Source: Euryarchaeota archaeon UBA4
GTDB lineage: Archaea > Thermoplasmatota > Poseidoniia > Poseidoniales > Thalassarchaeaceae
Assembly: GCA_002497985.1 (NCBI GenBank)
Contig: DAFQ01000009.1
Span: 1 to 34,798, forward strand
DNA: 34,798 bases
Direction: 5' to 3'
Below the pieces are notes generated by a model. It was not told the origin of the DNA. It worked only from the letters and a program-made list of their open reading frames with translations, and searched no databases. Position 1 is the first letter of the stretch. Every line of letters starts with the position of its first letter. This document shows, in pieces, positions 9,484-18,441 of the stretch. Both the position numbers and the translations under genes were made by a program.

Positions 9484-9948
9484 ATGTTGACTGTCGATAT
9501 GTCAGATCCTTCCGATCCAAGTGAGTGGACCGTTTCAACGGACATCACAGTAAACTGGGGCGACATGGATGCGCTGGGCCACGTTAACCACTCCGTTTTC
9601 GCCACATGGATGGAGACTGCTAGGATGATGTATTTCTCCAAGGTCGGGATGATGGAAATATACGAGAACTCGAATATTGGGCCCATTCTCGCTAGAATAG
9701 AGGTTGACTACAAATTCCCAATAGTCTACCCCGATGTCGTCAAAGTACGGACTTCTGTATCTAGAATCGGGAACTCTTCCTTCGATATGTTATACCAGAT
9801 ATCCAGCCTCGCCAAAGAAGGGGAAGTTGCAGCCAGGGGAAAGGTCGTCGGCGTACTTGTTGATTACGACACGGGTAAACCAATCTCAATTCCCGAAGAA
9901 CTCAGGAACTCCATTATTGAATTCGAAGGCGGAAACGTTAGCGATTAG
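9484..9948 (+). CDS. Hot-dog-fold acyl-CoA thioesterase (4HBT/YbgC-like)
   Basis: VNWGDMDALGHVNH...ETAR motif. Confidence 0.9.
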   Translation: MLTVDMSDPSDPSEWTVSTDITVNWGDMDALGHVNHSVFATWMETARMMYFSKVGMMEIYENSNIGPILARIEVDYKFPIVYPDVVKVRTSVSRIGNSSFDMLYQISSLAKEGEVAARGKVVGVLVDYDTGKPISIPEELRNSIIEFEGGNVSD

Positions 9949-10625
9949 GATACTTCCACCACTTCTTCTAGTTCTGAGTCCGACTCTTCACTAGTCTCAT
10001 CCACGGTCCCGTAAATCGTCACACCCATTCCCTCAAATGGCCCCATGCCCCTGTCAATCCTGTCAAGGATCCTCCATCTGGGGGCATAGGAGAGGTGGAT
10101 CCATAGGGGCCCGGGCAGAATCAATAATCCCCATCCAAGCCACTGCAGAAATGATGCAGAGTCCTCAAAGATCATGCTTACAGAAATCGCAACGAGACCC
10201 AAAAATGGAAGGGGGAAGATGAACTTCCGCTTGTTTTCCAATCGTGTCGGCGGCCTCTTTACCAGGGATGAAACAAGCGATGAGAAACCCCCCAAGAATG
10301 AGGTCATAGAAACTACAATCAGAGTTTGAAAGCCCCAGTCCCTAGCAACATACGAAACTTCGTGCCCCCCATTGATAACGCCATTATATGCGAATGGAAG
10401 CATCATCGCCACCCCAATCATTACTCCATAGAAACCCCCGACGAAAACGGGGTGCCCACCAGTAAGAGAGTCTCTGAGGAAGAAATTACTCAGGGATCCC
10501 CCTGCAAGCATGTGCCTATGCTCGGAATCGAGCAATTCGACCCCCTCGCGCCAAGATGTCACGGCTTCCGCGCCCAATGTCCCAACTATGACCGTTGGGG
10601 TGCCAAGAAAATGCCGTAAGGCCAT
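9945..10625 (-). CDS. Hypothetical membrane protein (~4 TM)
   Basis: 226-aa ORF filling the gap, with four hydrophobic stretches and an acidic C-terminal tail. Confidence 0.7.
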   Translation of the reverse strand: MALRHFLGTPTVIVGTLGAEAVTSWREGVELLDSEHRHMLAGGSLSNFFLRDSLTGGHPVFVGGFYGVMIGVAMMLPFAYNGVINGGHEVSYVARDWGFQTLIVVSMTSFLGGFSSLVSSLVKRPPTRLENKRKFIFPLPFLGLVAISVSMIFEDSASFLQWLGWGLLILPGPLWIHLSYAPRWRILDRIDRGMGPFEGMGVTIYGTVDETSEESDSELEEVVEVS

Positions 10626-10636
10626 ATTTTCTGGCC

Positions 10637-10660
10637 TAATTTCTCAATAATGGGAAATTA
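10637..10660. promoter_or_regulatory. Imperfect palindrome in a divergent promoter region (candidate operator)
   Basis: TAATTTCTCA-ATAA-TGGGAAATTA; the arms match at 9 of 10 positions. Confidence 0.35.
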
Positions 10661-10732
10661 TATTGCATTCTTTCCAATAGAAACCCGTCATACGGAGGGG
10701 TTATGACACACTTCCCTTTCCAATGAGCCCGG

Positions 10733-11911
10733 GTGATACAATTGTCTGATGAAGACTCCTTATTCAACGTAACAGAGGCCCATCTAGACACTGGCCTAAG
10801 GGGCATTCCAGTGGGGACATGCCAGACCTCCTATGTGGATCCATTGGAGGGGGTCCACTATGTGGGTTACCCTGTTGGCGATCTCGTAGATTTGGAGGAA
10901 GAGGACGTAATCTACCTAATGCTGCACAAGGAATTGCCCACCCCTGAGCAATCGGAGAAATTCCGTGCCGAGCTTATCCATAGGGCCGAGTCCCTTCCAA
11001 CCGGGGCCCTCAGAGTTCTCGAGTCGCTAACTCCGGGAAGTGGGCATCCAATGGACTGGCTAGCTATCGGAATAATGGCCTTGGGGACTGCGGAGGCCAC
11101 TGGTGATGTCCGAGCAGATTCAATGAACCTCATTGCGAGAATGCCTGAGTTGATGGCCAGAGTCTTCCTTCTAAGGGGCGGCAAGAAAGAGCAACTAAAG
11201 CCACGTAATCCAGAACTCGGACTTGTTGAGAACTTTGTCCACATGCTCGGTATCGAAGGGGACGAGGCAAGGAAGATGGAACGAGTCCTGAGATTCTTCT
11301 TCATACTCCACATGGACCACGGCGGCGGAAACCTCTCAACATTCACAGGCAAGGCAGTGGCATCAGGCAGGGCATCAGTATATTCGGCCCTCTCAAGTGC
11401 AATGAACGCCCTGTCTGGCCCCCTGCATGGAAGGGCCAACCAATCCGTTCTTGAATTCGTACAGAGAATTGGAACCGCAGATCCTGCAGAGGTTTCCAAC
11501 TTTGTTAATGCGGAAATAGACGCACGTAGACCAATTTACGGTTTCGGGCACGGAGTCCTGAGGGCCGAGGACCCACGGGCAAAGTTGCTAATTGGGCTCG
11601 GCGAAGAGATTTGCCCGGATGACGAACTATACAAGACTGTCAAGGTGTTAAGGGAAATAACCCCGGAGATACTCAAGGAGAGAATACCAAAGATCAGCAA
11701 TCCATATCCAAACGTAGATTTGGGCAGTGGCACGCTGCTTCACTCGGTGGGATTCAGGAAACCGGATTACTATACCACATTCTTTGGATGGGCGAGAGTG
11801 GCCGGTATCTGCGCACAAATTCTCGATGAGAGAAATGCCAGGGAAGGAAGGGGAACTCCGATTTACAGGCCCAAGTACATACCAAAGAATCAGCCCCATA
11901 GAAGACTCTGA
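10733..11911 (+). CDS. gltA: Citrate synthase (eukaryote-like motif set)
   Basis: HMDHGGGNLS, LSGPLHGRANQ, GFGHGVLR, NPYPNVD; the catalytic His/His/Asp are present. Confidence 0.92.
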   Translation: MIQLSDEDSLFNVTEAHLDTGLRGIPVGTCQTSYVDPLEGVHYVGYPVGDLVDLEEEDVIYLMLHKELPTPEQSEKFRAELIHRAESLPTGALRVLESLTPGSGHPMDWLAIGIMALGTAEATGDVRADSMNLIARMPELMARVFLLRGGKKEQLKPRNPELGLVENFVHMLGIEGDEARKMERVLRFFFILHMDHGGGNLSTFTGKAVASGRASVYSALSSAMNALSGPLHGRANQSVLEFVQRIGTADPAEVSNFVNAEIDARRPIYGFGHGVLRAEDPRAKLLIGLGEEICPDDELYKTVKVLREITPEILKERIPKISNPYPNVDLGSGTLLHSVGFRKPDYYTTFFGWARVAGICAQILDERNAREGRGTPIYRPKYIPKNQPHRRL

Positions 11912-11914
11912 GAA

Positions 11915-13036
11915 CTAACCATTGTGTGTTTTTCCAGAGCCCCTGTGGCCTATGATTCTAGGGCACCCCCATGGCAAACCAAGCTCAGCCTCACTCCTCC
12001 ATTTTTCCTCTGAACCATACCAGAATGAGCTCCTCCCCCTCTTTACCACAATCTCCGATCTCCTTTCCGATGACAACTCATTCCAGTCAGGCAGGGAGGA
12101 ACTAGCCTCTCTGATCAAGTCCCCATACTCATCAACATCGGATGAAGTGAATGCTTCCCTCCATTCATCGTCCAATGGCTGACTGGCTGGTCTGGGCCAT
12201 CTGACACTTCCATCGGGCTTGACAAACAAGTCTGGATTCATATTGTCTGTAACTATTGAGACCCCGGCATCAATGAGGTCGTCCTCAATCCCTAGGGGCG
12301 CAGGCCAAACAAATATCCCCATGCCCCTCAGTGATTTGTGGAGTCTCCGGAGCCCCTTTCCCCGAATCCCGACAGTCGAACCAGGGCCAACGAACCTAGT
12401 CCATCCAACAAGGTAATCAAGAGCCATCCCAATTGACTCCATTCCTTCTTCCCTGAAACTACTGGCCATTGCTGGAACGGATGTCATGGCAAAATGCGGC
12501 ATGGCCACTATCCGCTTAATCCTCCAGTATCTCCCCCATGATCTGATTCTCGGCATCAGCCTAGTAACTGGAATTTCGAAGGATGAAGATTTTGCAACAG
12601 CGGATATCCTCGGGGAGAAACTGGAAACTATGGTGGTTTTGTCGGGGAGATCTAATGGCCTGACTCCCTCACTAATAAGCTCAAAAACACCCTCCAGATA
12701 TTGATCGGTATCTATTTTTGTGACCGGATGGGGAATTTTTATTTCTATGTCCGCGGTTTTCCCCGGCAATCCCCATGCATCAGTAAAATCTGAATTGGAA
12801 AGGAGCTCATCAAAAGTAACAACGCCTTTAGATTTCAACTCACTGGTTGACAAACTTTCGATGCACCTCTCAGCAATGCCGCCCTCGCCCGGAATGAACT
12901 CATCGTGATAAACCACTAGTTCGCCATCACCATCCATCCTGATGTCAAACTCAACCCCGTCCGAGAATTTGATTCCATGCACCAGAGCCTGGACTGAGTT
13001 TTCCGCCGGTTGCTCCCAAGCGCCTAGGTCCGCCAC
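11915..13036 (-). CDS. Glycerophosphodiester phosphodiesterase family protein, apparently circularly permuted
   Basis: ENS...DGVEFDIR..DGELVVYHD, DIEIK and IVTD motifs, with IIGHRG at the extreme C-terminus. GTG 13036 is the probable start. Confidence 0.85.
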   Translation of the reverse strand: MADLGAWEQPAENSVQALVHGIKFSDGVEFDIRMDGDGELVVYHDEFIPGEGGIAERCIESLSTSELKSKGVVTFDELLSNSDFTDAWGLPGKTADIEIKIPHPVTKIDTDQYLEGVFELISEGVRPLDLPDKTTIVSSFSPRISAVAKSSSFEIPVTRLMPRIRSWGRYWRIKRIVAMPHFAMTSVPAMASSFREEGMESIGMALDYLVGWTRFVGPGSTVGIRGKGLRRLHKSLRGMGIFVWPAPLGIEDDLIDAGVSIVTDNMNPDLFVKPDGSVRWPRPASQPLDDEWREAFTSSDVDEYGDLIREASSSLPDWNELSSERRSEIVVKRGRSSFWYGSEEKWRSEAELGLPWGCPRIIGHRGSGKTHNG

Positions 13037-13136
13037 GAACACCCGAGAGAATACAGGCCCATAAGGAATTAACAAAGCAATTGTGTTAGCGGCAAGGATA
13101 ATTACCTCTCTGCTCGGACGAGGCTCAGGTATAACC

Positions 13137-15107
13137 ATGTCAGATACAGTAGAATTGGACCGGGCCTCGGACCCGCAAGCAGTAAGAGGGTACGCTTTCT
13201 ATGATTGGGGCAAGTCCGCATTTGAGACGAGCGTCACTGTAGCGATCCTACCTGCTTGGTATGCATACTTATTCCTGGAGGCCAATGGGCTTACCACTAC
13301 AATCGGAAATATCGATATGACTGGTGACGCTGTTTGGGCGTATGCAGTAGCTGCAGCCACATTGATGGTCGCGGTTCTGGCACCTGCCTTTGGCGTCATA
13401 GCAGATAGGAAGCCAATCAAAATGAGATGGCTGAAATATCTGACATATATCGGCGCTGGCTCAACCTTCCTGATAGGATTCGACTTCCTTTATGGTGGTT
13501 CAGAGTGGATATGGCTGATGGTATTCTTCCTTCTCGCCAACATAGGTCTGAATGGGGCTGGAGTATTCTACAATGCCATGCTGCCACACATGGGCACTGA
13601 CGATGAGATGGATGATATTTCCAATCGCGCATTCGCGTATGGCTACCTCGGAGGGGGCATCCTCCTCCTCTTGCACTTCATCCTGGTTCTTGGAATCGGT
13701 GGAGATTTCGTAATCAGGCTATGTCTGGCATCTGCGGGTATATGGTGGTACGGTTTCGCACTATTGACTTTCAAGTACGTTCCAGAACCCCCACTAGAGC
13801 ACAAATCCCCAGAAGAAACATTCAGCGACAATTGGCTCAAGATGCTTTTCTCCAAGGGCGGTGCTTATTCAGAGGTCATCAAGACTCTAAAGGAAGTCAG
13901 CAAGTTCCGAACACTGTTCATCTACATGCTAGCCTACTTCTTCTTCATTGATGGGATTAACACCGTAACTGCAATGGGTGGCGTTTTCGGATCCACTGTT
14001 CTCGGAGTCACGACTACGGAACTGATGATAACGATTCTAGCCATACAATTTGTAGCATGGCCAAGCGCATTGGGATTCACCTATCTTGCAAATAACTGGG
14101 GCACTAAGAAGGCCCTGAACGCCTCTCTGGTTGGATGGGTGGTCCTATGCTTCGCAGCATGTGCATTCGCACCACTCTCACTAGACGCTCATGACCAGCA
14201 TGACGTTCTATTCGAGTGGGATTCGGATGGGGACGGTATCGCCGACTCATATGACGACGATATTGATGGAGACTGGGCTACCAATGCCGAGGAAGTGGAA
14301 GCAGGCACTGACCCACTCGATTACATGGACAGCCCCTCAGGACTACCGCAGACATGGCTCCAGGAACGGCTGAGCACAGCTGGATCATACGTATCATACA
14401 TGAACTGGAACTTCGATCACAGTATCGCACAGAAGACCGATTTCTCGGAAGATGAATTCGACGAGCAGTCATGGGCGGGACAATTCTCTGAAATACTGCC
14501 TGTAGAGATTGGCGAGAATAGCGGTATTTACGATTGGAAGTGGGGAGCCGCTGAAGACAGTCCATACATGGTCTCAGTCAAAGATCAGGCTTTGATAGGA
14601 GAATTCCTATCTTCGATGGAAGATTCTAGATTCAGCGCCAGCGTGTCGGGCGGCCCCCTCGATTCATCGAGTGCGGTCGGGATGGACCACCCTACAAGTC
14701 TCGGAGATGGCCCTATAGATGTAATCCCAGAGACGGTCAGGGACATTGTTTGGGAGCCACTTGGATTGTCCGTCGGCCTCCAGTTCCTAATCCTGGGCTG
14801 CGGCATGGGCACACTTCTTGGTGGATCCCAAGGTCTGTCAAGGAGCATGTTCGGGCAAATGGTCCCCGAGACCAGGAGCGCAGAGTTCTTCGGATTCTTC
14901 GGATTCTTCGGGAAGGTTGCTGCATTCATCGGGCCACTTCTGTATGCCACATTGACTGTCATGTTCGATAGCAGGGTCGGAGTTTTCAGCATCTCTTTGC
15001 TGATCCTAATTGGGGCCTTCATGATGAGAATTGTCGATTTGGAAGACGGAAGGGCTGCTGCTAGGGCCGAGGACGCAAAGAACAGAGGAATATCTATTGA
15101 TTCCTAG
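13137..15107 (+). CDS. MFS transporter (UMF1/ATG22-like) with ~195-aa acidic loop insert
   Basis: FYDWGKSAF, FYNAMLP, AYGYLGG, FIDGINTV, GGSQGLSRS, AEFFGFF motifs; hydrophilic insert at about 14170-14760. Confidence 0.88.
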   Translation: MSDTVELDRASDPQAVRGYAFYDWGKSAFETSVTVAILPAWYAYLFLEANGLTTTIGNIDMTGDAVWAYAVAAATLMVAVLAPAFGVIADRKPIKMRWLKYLTYIGAGSTFLIGFDFLYGGSEWIWLMVFFLLANIGLNGAGVFYNAMLPHMGTDDEMDDISNRAFAYGYLGGGILLLLHFILVLGIGGDFVIRLCLASAGIWWYGFALLTFKYVPEPPLEHKSPEETFSDNWLKMLFSKGGAYSEVIKTLKEVSKFRTLFIYMLAYFFFIDGINTVTAMGGVFGSTVLGVTTTELMITILAIQFVAWPSALGFTYLANNWGTKKALNASLVGWVVLCFAACAFAPLSLDAHDQHDVLFEWDSDGDGIADSYDDDIDGDWATNAEEVEAGTDPLDYMDSPSGLPQTWLQERLSTAGSYVSYMNWNFDHSIAQKTDFSEDEFDEQSWAGQFSEILPVEIGENSGIYDWKWGAAEDSPYMVSVKDQALIGEFLSSMEDSRFSASVSGGPLDSSSAVGMDHPTSLGDGPIDVIPETVRDIVWEPLGLSVGLQFLILGCGMGTLLGGSQGLSRSMFGQMVPETRSAEFFGFFGFFGKVAAFIGPLLYATLTVMFDSRVGVFSISLLILIGAFMMRIVDLEDGRAAARAEDAKNRGISIDS

Positions 15108-15876
15108 TCATCTTGTCTACAATCAATGAAACCTCCAGAAGGAGGAGCATCGGGCCCGCGACAAGAAACATGGAGACCGGGTCAGGAGGGGAGATGAGCG
15201 CACCAAGTATTAGTCCAGCGAACCACAGGTTGCCTCTATTGTCAGAAATCGAACTCCTATCGATAATGCCCCCCCTTAGTAGAATTGAAGCAATCAACGG
15301 GACCTGGAAGCCAAGTATGGAGGCGAAATATAGTCCCGTGATGAATCCGACCCAGGATTGCAATTGCCATGTTGTCGCCAATCCTGCAGAAGCAGCGTCA
15401 TCAGACAGGTAGTCAAGTAGGAGTGGGACAAGAACGCCATGAGAGTATGCTGCCCCCAAACCGCCCAGTAGGAATGCTAGGAGGATAACGAGCAAGACTC
15501 CACTTATGCTCCCATTCTCGTGCCCCCCAGTCCTTCTCGATTCAGCTACAATTTTTTTCCCATTCCAGGATATGTCGCACATCAGGATTAGTGAAGCAAG
15601 AATGACTCCAATGTTAACACCAATCCTGAGTCTTAGAAGAATTGCCTCCATGGGGTGGAGAATTACAATCTCAACACCATCGGGACGGTACGAGGAAGAG
15701 TCAAGAAGCCACTCAATAGCTTCCCCTGAAGCCGGGAATCCACCTAGAAAACCAAAGAAGAAAACCCCTACTAGGATGTACGCCCTTCTTCTTAGGTGAG
15801 CAATAAGGCCACGCAACTCGGCCCGAGGAAGGAGGTCCCCCATGCTGCCATCCATGGTCTCCCGAGAGGCTACCAC
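15094..15876 (-). CDS. tatC: Twin-arginine translocase subunit TatC-like protein
   Basis: HLRRR, LHPMEAI..R, LGFQVP, ALISPPDPVSMFLVAGPMLLLLEVS. Confidence 0.8.
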   Translation of the reverse strand: MVASRETMDGSMGDLLPRAELRGLIAHLRRRAYILVGVFFFGFLGGFPASGEAIEWLLDSSSYRPDGVEIVILHPMEAILLRLRIGVNIGVILASLILMCDISWNGKKIVAESRRTGGHENGSISGVLLVILLAFLLGGLGAAYSHGVLVPLLLDYLSDDAASAGLATTWQLQSWVGFITGLYFASILGFQVPLIASILLRGGIIDRSSISDNRGNLWFAGLILGALISPPDPVSMFLVAGPMLLLLEVSLIVDKMTRNQ

Positions 15877-15891
15877 AGGTCAATTCATCGC

Positions 15892-17010
15892 TCATGACTT
15901 TCTGAGAATTACAGTTAGGACGTCCCCATCACCAAGTCGGTGATCGAGGCCGACCCTCTGCCAGTCAAATTTGGCGCTCGGCCCCTTGACTCGTGCATAC
16001 CTGAATTTCCTAACAAAGTCCCGATGCAACTTCACGCAGACATCCCGGACAGTGGAGGTGTCCTTCACAATCAGGGGTTCTACCATGTCGGCATCTTGAC
16101 CTTGGGGCTTGAGATAAACCGACATGAAGTGCAGATTATCGAATATGAAGTCCTTCATCTCTTTAATCCCCTCACCAGTTTTTGCCGATACCTCTAGAAC
16201 CGGCCATCCAGGAGGTAGCATCGCCCGTGTCTTCTCAAGGTCATCCTCAGTAGCTAAGTCAATTTTGTTCACTACGACCACCGCTCTGTTGTAGATCCTG
16301 TTTCCGGCTAGCGTGTCAACGATATGATCGTCAGTAACATCAGTTCTTAGGGTGACCGTGGCAGAAACTATGCCGAAACTCCTGATGATGCCCTGAATCT
16401 CCTCGTCAGTCAGGTTGGTCTGTTCGACAGTAGATCTTACGACTATCCCCCCTCTATCCGTTCTCGTTATGTACACCTGCGGAATTTTCTGATTGAGCCT
16501 CATCCCTGACATCCAGAGTTCTTTGTCCAAAATGTCGAAGTGCGAATCCTGAAATGGATCAACAACATACAGAACCATGTCAGATCCCCTGATTACATTC
16601 AGAATCTCTCTGCCCCTGCCCTTCCCCTCGGCAGCCCCTTTGATTAGTCCGGGCAAATCGAGAATCTGTATTTTCGCACCCCTGTGCTCCATCAGCCCGG
16701 GGATGCAAGTAAGGGTTGTAAATGCAAAATTCCCTACTTCGGACTCAACCTCAGTCAATTGGGAAATAAGGCTAGACTTCCCCACACTTGGGAAGCCTAC
16801 CAATGACACAGAGGCATCCCCAGACTTCTTGACTTCGAAACCATGCCCTCCTCCGCTAGACTTCGCATGAGCCTGAGCTTTTTCTTTCCGGGCCTTCAAA
16901 GCTGCAATCTTTGCCTTCAGTTTTCCAATATGGGCATTCGTGGCCTTATTTTTCTGAGTTTTTCCAATCTCCTCTTCGAGGGACTTGATTTGCTCTTCGA
17001 TAGTCGCCAA
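15892..17010 (-). CDS. DRG/Rbg1-family (Obg superfamily) GTPase with TGS domain
   Basis: TQKNKATNAHIGKLKAK, GFPSVGKS, FTTLT, DLPG, NKID, and C-terminal TGS QRVGLDHRL. Confidence 0.95.
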   Translation of the reverse strand: MATIEEQIKSLEEEIGKTQKNKATNAHIGKLKAKIAALKARKEKAQAHAKSSGGGHGFEVKKSGDASVSLVGFPSVGKSSLISQLTEVESEVGNFAFTTLTCIPGLMEHRGAKIQILDLPGLIKGAAEGKGRGREILNVIRGSDMVLYVVDPFQDSHFDILDKELWMSGMRLNQKIPQVYITRTDRGGIVVRSTVEQTNLTDEEIQGIIRSFGIVSATVTLRTDVTDDHIVDTLAGNRIYNRAVVVVNKIDLATEDDLEKTRAMLPPGWPVLEVSAKTGEGIKEMKDFIFDNLHFMSVYLKPQGQDADMVEPLIVKDTSTVRDVCVKLHRDFVRKFRYARVKGPSAKFDWQRVGLDHRLGDGDVLTVILRKS

Positions 17011-17143
17011 GTTTGCACACTTCCCGTTTCGTGGTTGTATTCAGCGCAACCACCCAAGTTCTTGAATTCGGTGGCGCCAATGGGCAATGCCCCCCCAAGC
17101 GAGGGTTCATCTCATGTCGCCGTCTGGTTGACACGAGACTCCC

Positions 17144-17824
17144 ATGGTGGATGTTATCATCTCGCTAGTCAATCGCGACTCGTTAACCAATTTGCTATCA
17201 ACCCCCCTGGGAGAAGTCATTTCAGGAATGGAGGAGATGTCAATCAGAGAAACTAGGCCGGCAAAAGCGGAATCACTACATCGGCAATTCGACATAGACT
17301 TGGAAGGAGAAGTTTTGGAATGGGCCGATAGGGTAGGGGAGATCAATCAGAGCTCAACCTTGCCGAATCAGAATCTCAAGATTGAGGACAAGTTAGAGCT
17401 CCTCCTACTCCTCTCTCACTGGTCTTCAATAGGGGAGTGGAGGTGTTGGGATGCTAGATTGTTCTTGTATGTTGAACCAAACTCTGGGACTAATGTGGCG
17501 GGAACGGAATCGTTTCTGAAACCGGAGATATGGAGAAATTTCTCAGAAATCATTGCAAATACCGATAGATCTTCCTTTGTTGAATCTGTAGTAATTGATT
17601 GGATGTCACGAAGAGAGGGGCTTGGGGAGACTATGGATCCGGCCATGGATCCACGGATTTTACCCACTATGGAGTCCCATCAGGATTCTTCTGGTAGTCT
17701 GTTTGATGTCATGGACAAGTCAAGAAGGGAAGGCCACTCCCTTTTGATCGGCAGGGAGTACTTGGACCCATTCTCTTGGTATCTGGGCGATCAAAATTTA
17801 TTGGATTTCATTGAGGGTTATTAA
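17144..17824 (+). CDS. Hypothetical protein
   Basis: 226-aa ORF whose stop overlaps the next start (TAATG); no recognised motif. Confidence 0.65.
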   Translation: MVDVIISLVNRDSLTNLLSTPLGEVISGMEEMSIRETRPAKAESLHRQFDIDLEGEVLEWADRVGEINQSSTLPNQNLKIEDKLELLLLLSHWSSIGEWRCWDARLFLYVEPNSGTNVAGTESFLKPEIWRNFSEIIANTDRSSFVESVVIDWMSRREGLGETMDPAMDPRILPTMESHQDSSGSLFDVMDKSRREGHSLLIGREYLDPFSWYLGDQNLLDFIEGY

Positions 17825-18441
17825 TGTCAGAATTACAATTATCGCCCGAGCCTCCTGAAAATCCGCCGATGTCCGGTATCGTGATATTAGGTAGATTTCA
17901 GCCTTTTCACAAGGGTCACGAGTTGCTCATTACAGCGGCAATTGAATGGAGGAACGAAAATAATCCAGGTTCGAAGATAATATTGGCCATAGGGTCTTCA
18001 AATCGTCCTGAGACTCTTAGGAATCCCTGGTCTGCCGAGGAGAGAAGGGCAATGGTTGAGGCTTGGGTAGAATCGGGTGAAAAATTAGAAGAGTTTCAGA
18101 TTGTGACGATCCCCGATATTGATGACCCACCCAATTGGGTCTCTCATGCCGAGAGGTATCATGGGGGCCCAGGTACGCTGTTCACGAGCGACTCTGAAAC
18201 TGCCGAACTCTACAGTAAGGGCGGTTGGGATGTTGTCAACACCCCACTCGAACACAGGGGAAAATATGAGGGTTGGAGAGTCAGGGAAACCTCTAGGATG
18301 ATGTCCACAATTACAGACATGGGTGCAGTGAGAGAGGTCCTAGGTGCCACAATGCCCCTTCCAGTAATTGACTATCTGGTGCGAATTGATGGCCTCAAGA
18401 GACTCGCCTTTCTAGGTGAAGGCGGAGAGCCAGTTGGATGA
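17824..18441 (+). CDS. Nicotinamide-nucleotide adenylyltransferase-like (HxGH cytidylyltransferase family)
   Basis: GRFQPFHKGH, IGSSN..RNPWSAEER, IPDIDDPPNWV. Confidence 0.85.
   Translation: MSELQLSPEPPENPPMSGIVILGRFQPFHKGHELLITAAIEWRNENNPGSKIILAIGSSNRPETLRNPWSAEERRAMVEAWVESGEKLEEFQIVTIPDIDDPPNWVSHAERYHGGPGTLFTSDSETAELYSKGGWDVVNTPLEHRGKYEGWRVRETSRMMSTITDMGAVREVLGATMPLPVIDYLVRIDGLKRLAFLGEGGEPVG

Noticed and set aside
10912-11499. 195-aa antisense ORF inside citrate synthase, and similar ones in other core genes
   Set aside because: Fully nested opposite well-conserved genes and lacking motifs; explained by codon bias.
13037-13138. Head-to-head overlap of the GDPD and MFS ORFs
   Set aside because: Artifact of longest-ORF calling; starts at 13036 and 13137 leave a normal 100-bp divergent promoter.
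14886-14912. 9-bp tandem repeat (TTCTTCGGA)x3 as a possible slippage site
   Set aside because: It is in frame and encodes FFGFFGFFG, overlapping the family-typical EFFGF motif; there is no evidence of phase variation.
17011-17143. Possible tRNA or known ncRNA in the intergenic gap
   Set aside because: No cloverleaf or T-loop consensus is visible; only short hairpins, reported as a low-interest finding.
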